From NCBI GenBank assembly GCA_963769045.1, contig CAVYKK010000029.1, positions 24,211-88,210 of the forward strand: a stretch of DNA of 64,000 bases, given 5' to 3'. The stretch comes from an uncultured Methanocellaceae archaeon (lineage in GTDB: Archaea; Halobacteriota; Methanocellia; Methanocellales; Methanocellaceae). The notes beneath the pieces are model-generated. The model was not told where the DNA came from. It saw nothing but the letters and a program-made list of their open reading frames with translations, and searched no databases. Of the stretch, positions 58,753 to 64,000 are shown piece after piece. Numbering within the stretch: position 1 is the stretch's first letter; each line of letters starts with the position of its first letter. Both the position numbers and the translations under genes were made by a program.

Positions 58753-60216
58753 TTACCTGCGACCGCCGCCCATGCGCATGCCGCTACCAATGCCGGCGCC
58801 CATTGCGCCGACGGGCTTAATGTTGCCCATGCCAGTGCCGATGCCGGTGCCTAAGCTGGCCGGCCGGAAACCGGCAGCATTGCCCATCCCTGTGCCGATG
58901 TTGCCGACGGCCGGCTTCTGGAAGGACTGCACGTTAGGTGTGCCGATCCGGTTTCCTGCCCCGATGCCGGCACCGATGTTGCCCTGCCTCTCTAAGGAAG
59001 GCACATTAGGAGTACCGATCTTACCGCCGGCGCCTATGCCTGCACCGATGTTGCCCGCCCGCTCTAAGGAAGGCACGTTAGGAGCGCCGATCTTGCCACC
59101 TGCTCCGATCCCGGTCACGCCCCTGCGGAATTCGTTGAACTCGTTGCGCCCGAAGTCGCGGTCGTGAATCGGGAAGCGCCCGTTGAACCGGTCGAAGTCG
59201 AAGAACGAGACGAAACCGCTGCCGAAGAAGAACGGGTTGAACCCGATGAAGCTCGAGAAGAAGATCGGGAACGGTGTCAGGAACGGCACGAAGACCGGTG
59301 CCAGGATCGGTATGGGCTGTGCGTAGACGATCGGCAGCACCTGCGGGTAGGACGCGCCGTAATAGCTGCTGAGCGTACTGACCATCTGCGGGAACGCGAC
59401 CATGTACAGGCGCATGCTCTGCGCATCGATGATCAGCTGCGTCGGCTGCTGCATCGTGAACGCCTGCATTTTGCCGTCCGGCGGAATGATGCTGACCGCG
59501 TTGACGTTGAAGGTCGCCTGCGAGCCCTGGGCGCCCTGGTAGGCCATGTCTACGTCGATGACGACGACCTTCGGATCGGTCCGGATCGTATCGTAGACCT
59601 GGTTACTGTTGATGTAGCCAGCCTGCTGGATCGCGCTGTCGAGGTTCGTGAGATCGACCTGCAGCGTGTTCTGCGACGGGTCAATCACGCCGGCCAGCGG
59701 CGTCTTCAGCGCGTACACTGCGGCAGTCCCCGAGTCCGGACTGGAGATGGCAAACCCGATTACCTGGAACCCCAGCTGGTTGCCCTGCTGCGATACAGGG
59801 ATGACCGCCAGGCTCATGCGGTTGGTGCCTGCCGTGAAGCCCTTGAGCCCTTCGAGACCGGGGATCGACAGTAACCCGGTGTCGCTGGCAGCCGGTGCCG
59901 CATTGCCGCCAGTGTAAGGCGTCTGCTGAGTGATGGGCATCTGCTGACCGTAGGGCATCTGCTGGTCATTGTATGCCGGCATACCATAGGCCGCCGGCAT
60001 CCCGTATCCGCCATACGCCGGCATGTCATAGCCGCTGTATGCGGGTATGCCATAGCCACCGTACGCGGGTATGCCGTAGCCGTCGTACCCGAAAGGCACG
60101 GACATCGGGAGCAGCTGTGCGCCGGCCACTCCAGAGAAAAGTGTCGAGCAAAGCATCGCGATGATGACAGCGATGCTTAACGCTGCTAAAATGTTAAGTT
60201 TGTTCTGCTTCTTCAT
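58753..60216 (-). CDS. Secreted protein 4 of the cluster (GYGIPAY repeats, conserved N-domain, Gly-rich tail; no poly-Ala)
   Basis: RBS GGGGTGG then ATG at 60216; signal peptide; 'IPGLEGLKGF...QQPTQLIIDAQ...FPQM' domain shared with proteins 1 and 2. Confidence 0.85.
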   Translation of the reverse strand: MKKQNKLNILAALSIAVIIAMLCSTLFSGVAGAQLLPMSVPFGYDGYGIPAYGGYGIPAYSGYDMPAYGGYGMPAAYGMPAYNDQQMPYGQQMPITQQTPYTGGNAAPAASDTGLLSIPGLEGLKGFTAGTNRMSLAVIPVSQQGNQLGFQVIGFAISSPDSGTAAVYALKTPLAGVIDPSQNTLQVDLTNLDSAIQQAGYINSNQVYDTIRTDPKVVVIDVDMAYQGAQGSQATFNVNAVSIIPPDGKMQAFTMQQPTQLIIDAQSMRLYMVAFPQMVSTLSSYYGASYPQVLPIVYAQPIPILAPVFVPFLTPFPIFFSSFIGFNPFFFGSGFVSFFDFDRFNGRFPIHDRDFGRNEFNEFRRGVTGIGAGGKIGAPNVPSLERAGNIGAGIGAGGKIGTPNVPSLERQGNIGAGIGAGNRIGTPNVQSFQKPAVGNIGTGMGNAAGFRPASLGTGIGTGMGNIKPVGAMGAGIGSGMRMGGGRR

Positions 60217-60417
60217 GATCCACCCCTTTTTCAATTTGCCATATACGCTATCAATCAAGGGGAATTGGAGATATTACATTTAAGGCAATAATAAACGATA
60301 TTCGAATTAATTCGCCGAAACAAACAATAGTTTAATGTTATATGGCAATATCTTTCCGGAAATACGATAGCAATGGTTATTAAGCCTTAAAAATAGAAAA
60401 GGTGTCGCATGGCAGGC

Positions 60418-60939
60418 TTACGCACAGCGGCGACAGATGTACTCGATATCGTACTCGCCGACGCCGTCCTCGATACGACCTTTGAGCATCTTCTTGCCGA
60501 TCATCAGGTGCATCTTGCCGCAGCGGGAGCACTTCTTGAGCTTGAACTCGTCGTACCAGGCAGGTATGACGTCGAACTCGAACGAAGCCTCGTCGAGGTC
60601 CACGACCTGCCGGGCCACATTCCTGGCCTGCTTGATCTCCAGCCCGGTATTCTGTGAAATGTCATAGGCCATGTAGCTGATGAGCAGAGTGCGCTCTACT
60701 CCGCTGAAGATGTCCTCGAAGATGTCCTCGATAATGTCCCGGACCGGTGCGCCGGCCAGATCGATCGGCGTCTCGTCGTAGTCCGAGATGCATTTGATGA
60801 AGGGCTCGGATGCCGATGATGCCGGAGGCTCGGTCGAATCCATGATCTTCGTGCCACACAGCGGGCACTTACCCGCGATGAGCTCCTCCTCGAAGGTCTC
60901 TTCTTTACAACCTGGGCAGCGCATATGTCGCATCACCAT
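60418..60939 (-). CDS. Hypothetical zinc-binding protein
   Basis: CPGC, CPLC, CSRC and CRRC motifs; 1 nt downstream of pdaD. Confidence 0.7.
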   Translation of the reverse strand: MVMRHMRCPGCKEETFEEELIAGKCPLCGTKIMDSTEPPASSASEPFIKCISDYDETPIDLAGAPVRDIIEDIFEDIFSGVERTLLISYMAYDISQNTGLEIKQARNVARQVVDLDEASFEFDVIPAWYDEFKLKKCSRCGKMHLMIGKKMLKGRIEDGVGEYDIEYICRRCA

Positions 60940-60940
60940 T

Positions 60941-61441
60941 TTATAATATGAACACGGCAGCAGATATAACTGTTGTCCAGTTACCCTCGTCGTCTACTTC
61001 CGCAGTCTTCGAAATGTTCATTGTCTTCTCGGGCTTCTCCTTTGTCCACGTAAAGAGCATGTTTTCCGCCAGCCTTTCCGCATATTTGCCCGCACAGTCC
61101 TCGGTCTCGCCGTAGGAGTGGTGCTCGGACAGGTACCCGAAGCTCTTGTTGCGGTCTTTGGGGATCGCACACCCGATGGACGCGGCAATCCGCCTGCTGG
61201 GCTCGTTGGACGAGTTACGGGACATGACGGTGAAGACGATCTCGCCGGGGTACAGCTCTTTAAGGCCGTCGGTGCTGTTGATGATATCGCACTTCGGCGG
61301 CAGGATAGAGCTGACCGTCACCAGGTTGAACTTCTCGATGCCCGCGTCTCGCAGGGCCATCTCGAACGATTCCAGCATCTCCCTGTGCCGGCCGACGCCG
61401 CTGGTGAAAAACACCTTCTTTGGTACAAGCCCTTGTCTCAT
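60941..61441 (-). CDS. pdaD: Pyruvoyl-dependent arginine decarboxylase
   Basis: 'SFEMALRDAGIEKFNLVTVSSILP' with the Ser-Ser self-cleavage site; 'GYLSEHH'. Confidence 0.9.
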   Translation of the reverse strand: MRQGLVPKKVFFTSGVGRHREMLESFEMALRDAGIEKFNLVTVSSILPPKCDIINSTDGLKELYPGEIVFTVMSRNSSNEPSRRIAASIGCAIPKDRNKSFGYLSEHHSYGETEDCAGKYAERLAENMLFTWTKEKPEKTMNISKTAEVDDEGNWTTVISAAVFIL

Positions 61442-61515
61442 TTGTTTATCTCCCGTCAATGTCAATCGTAAAGCATATGTCCAATCAGGCCCCAGTATGT
61501 CCTGGTGTATAATAT

Positions 61516-61719
61516 TTGGCCAGTCTGAAGATCAATCTTATCGAGTGTGGCGTTTCGATTGCCATCCTTGCGGGCTTCATTGCCCTGTTCGCTATTGCGG
61601 GGGACATAGCAGGAGAATGGTCGAATTTCGCCTACCTTGCGATTCTCCTTGCGTTCACGATTGCCATGTGCCTTTTCGGATGGAAGCTCGCTCCCTACTT
61701 ATACGATCATTACAGCTGA
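61516..61719 (+). CDS. Small two-TM membrane protein
   Basis: Two hydrophobic helices; TTG start. Confidence 0.55.
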   Translation: MASLKINLIECGVSIAILAGFIALFAIAGDIAGEWSNFAYLAILLAFTIAMCLFGWKLAPYLYDHYS

Positions 61720-61794
61720 AGCCGTAAAACGATCAAGTGCTTATATACGCACTGCATTTTTAAACTTTTCGCGTGAAATGAGATAAGGATGGTT

Positions 61795-63723
61795 TTACGA
61801 TATATTTTGCGGAGCTTTTCCTGTTTTGCTTGTTAATTTGTCGTAATATCTCGCAACAACGCATCCCCGCGTGCATTTTCCGCAGTGGTCGCATCTCGTC
61901 TCGTCGACTTTGATTCCGCCCGTACGGTCCACCCTGATCGCCCGGCGGGGGCAGGCTTTCACGCAGATCATGCATCGGGCGCAGAGCGACGCGCGCAGTA
62001 CCTGCTTCACCGTGTCCTCAAAGAGCCTCAGTGCGGTTTCACGGTCGTCGGAGGACGCGTACACCTGGCCGCCGGCGAACAGCTTGGCCGTGCCCTGCTT
62101 CGCCCGGACAAGGGTCATGTCGAGGTCTTCGGAGTATGTCGGATTCCCGATAATCTTCAGCGTCTCGTTTACCGCTTCGTTCGACGCACGGCCATCGATG
62201 CTGAGCACTCCTTCGATGCTATAGCCGCCCGCGGTACACGGGCTGACGCCCCGTATTACGTCGAGTGCCATTTTCCTGCGGGCTTTAGGCTTCAGCGATA
62301 TATTGCGCTCTTTCGCGATGTTCAGCATCTTGTTGGGGTGTGCCTTCCAGCGCCAGAAGCCTAAGTCCACGTACTCCGGCGGCAGCCCCGACTCCCGCGC
62401 CCATGCATGGAGCTTCTCCTGCCACCCGCGGAACTTTTCCGGGTGCAGCTCACGCATGCGCACGTATTCAGCCTGCAGCGCAGAGGGGCACAGCCAGCAC
62501 CCGATGCGCTCAAAGCCCTGGTCGTACAACGGGTTGTACGGCAGATGCTCCATGCGGATGTACAGCCAGACCTCCAGCGCCCGCCAGTCCCGGATCGGAT
62601 ACACGCTGGTCTGACCCGGCACGAACGGGTTGTGTTCTACGGCACTGATGCCCCCGCGCTGGAACGATTCATATTTACGCTTGCCATCGATGGTGATCGT
62701 TTCGCCGGCAGAGAGGAAGCTTGTTATGGGCCCGAGCTTGCAGACCTTGCAGCACCAGCGGAAGTCTTTGGCAGGGGGGCCAAAAGAGGGAAAGTGTTCC
62801 TCAAACGTTTTTCCCGCCCGCTCGATAGTCAGCTCGATCCCGCTGTCGCGGGTGAACTGCTCCACATATGCCACAGTTTCCGGGAACTCGAGCCCGGTAT
62901 CCACAAAGAAGGCTTTCAGCTCCTTCACTGCCTTACGCGCGATCCACATGATGACAAGGCTGTCCTTGCCGCCGCTGAACGAGACGGTGACCGGCAAGTC
63001 CCGGCGCTGGCCGGTGACGCCCCGGATGGTGTTGATGGCGTCTTTCTCCATGTCCCGGAGCCTGGCCTCATTCGCGGCCGCGGCGTCGCCGAGCGTGCTG
63101 ATCCGTTCGTTCAGCTGCCTGTTGCCGCTGCCGATCTTCCTGATCTTCAGCGTGTTCTCCTCCGGGTCGGAGAGGCCTTTGCTATCCGTCCTGGCCACCC
63201 CGAAACCGCCGAACGTCTCGCTCGCCCTGACGAGCACTATATCGCCCGCCAGGATATCCGGCGTACATGCGGTGACCGAACGGCCGCTGAGGCCCTTGCC
63301 GTTGAGATGCTTCTCCCGGGGGACTTCAACGGTCACGATCCTCTTTGTCGCATGAGGGAGCAGTACCCTGGCACCCTCGTACCGGAGGTCAAGCCTGTAG
63401 GCTGCGTCCGCCAGGTCGTACGAAATAACCGCGATGGCCATCCCGTCGACGATGACTTCGTCGACCTTGTCGTCGCCCGGGATTTTGTTAAGCAATATGA
63501 TACGATCGCCCAGCGGGTCGACACCGTAGTTGTCTATGAGCAGCTCGTGCAGTATGCCCCGTTCGAAGGGCGAACACGGCCTCACGTCACCCGGGGGCGA
63601 AAGCGGCACAGTGCGCCCTTCGCTGCCGCAAGCTCCGCAAGTGCCAGCTATCAGGGGCACGTTACACTGATCGCACCAGAATATGTGATCGAGGGCCTGC
63701 TCGAAGGGCTTCCTTCCACTCAT
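61795..63723 (-). CDS. PAPS-reductase family protein with Zn ribbon, PUA-like and ferredoxin domains
   Basis: 'WCDQCNVP', PP-loop 'SFSGGKDS', 'RWCCKVCK', 'RIGCWLCP', C-terminal CxxCxxCxxxC pairs. Confidence 0.88.
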   Translation of the reverse strand: MSGRKPFEQALDHIFWCDQCNVPLIAGTCGACGSEGRTVPLSPPGDVRPCSPFERGILHELLIDNYGVDPLGDRIILLNKIPGDDKVDEVIVDGMAIAVISYDLADAAYRLDLRYEGARVLLPHATKRIVTVEVPREKHLNGKGLSGRSVTACTPDILAGDIVLVRASETFGGFGVARTDSKGLSDPEENTLKIRKIGSGNRQLNERISTLGDAAAANEARLRDMEKDAINTIRGVTGQRRDLPVTVSFSGGKDSLVIMWIARKAVKELKAFFVDTGLEFPETVAYVEQFTRDSGIELTIERAGKTFEEHFPSFGPPAKDFRWCCKVCKLGPITSFLSAGETITIDGKRKYESFQRGGISAVEHNPFVPGQTSVYPIRDWRALEVWLYIRMEHLPYNPLYDQGFERIGCWLCPSALQAEYVRMRELHPEKFRGWQEKLHAWARESGLPPEYVDLGFWRWKAHPNKMLNIAKERNISLKPKARRKMALDVIRGVSPCTAGGYSIEGVLSIDGRASNEAVNETLKIIGNPTYSEDLDMTLVRAKQGTAKLFAGGQVYASSDDRETALRLFEDTVKQVLRASLCARCMICVKACPRRAIRVDRTGGIKVDETRCDHCGKCTRGCVVARYYDKLTSKTGKAPQNIS

Positions 63724-63916
63724 CGCGATATACAGAGCGCGGGATAGCTAAATACCTTATGTGAGGCCGGCAGAGCATGGAAAAGTACGGGACAGGACAG
63801 CTATCGCATCGGGGCGGGAAGTCACCATGGGCTTGCTGCTTTCCAGATTCAATGATCGCGCGATTAAGCTTAAGAAGACCTGCCAGATTATTCAATATAT
63901 TTACCGGCGGAATACC

Positions 63917-64000
63917 ATGGCAGCATTTACGACGACACTGGCCTTCGGCTCGAAGGGCAGAGGCGACATGAGGGACATCACGGCCGACGTGCAGCAGGCC
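63917..64000 (+). CDS. Start of a YjbQ/UPF0047 family protein (truncated by the window)
   Basis: ATG at 63917 gives MAAFTTTLAFGSKGRGDMRDITADVQQA, with the 'DIT' N-terminal motif typical of YjbQ. Confidence 0.55.
   Translation, partial: MAAFTTTLAFGSKGRGDMRDITADVQQA

Overview
GC-rich archaeal chromosomal DNA, most consistent with a Methanocella-like methanogen. This is an inference from archaeal aroA'/aroB', ribC/ribH, pdaD, a DmrX-like flavoprotein, NosD/Calx-beta surface proteins and GGGGTGG-type RBSs. Bases 1-13109 appear to be one giant (>4300 aa) membrane-anchored surface protein gene broken by seven clustered +1 indels, probably long-read errors; three other genes carry single indels. 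The middle (13-49 kb) is mostly housekeeping and accessory genes. Two features stand out. (1) A tandem cluster of four paralogous secreted, modular, silk-like proteins (49.5-60.2 kb) that share an unknown ~160-aa domain and/or capped poly-Ala/Gly repeat arrays with a 53-aa super-repeat; two of them seem to start at non-AUG codons. (2) A ~1 kb non-coding foldback element present twice in opposite orientation (17.2-18.2 kb and 28.5-29.6 kb), with a hairpin-rich core and arms of regularly spaced 21-28 bp repeats separated by length-conserved, sequence-diverged spacers. I found no tRNA, rRNA, cas or transposase genes. All family assignments come from motif recognition, not database searches.
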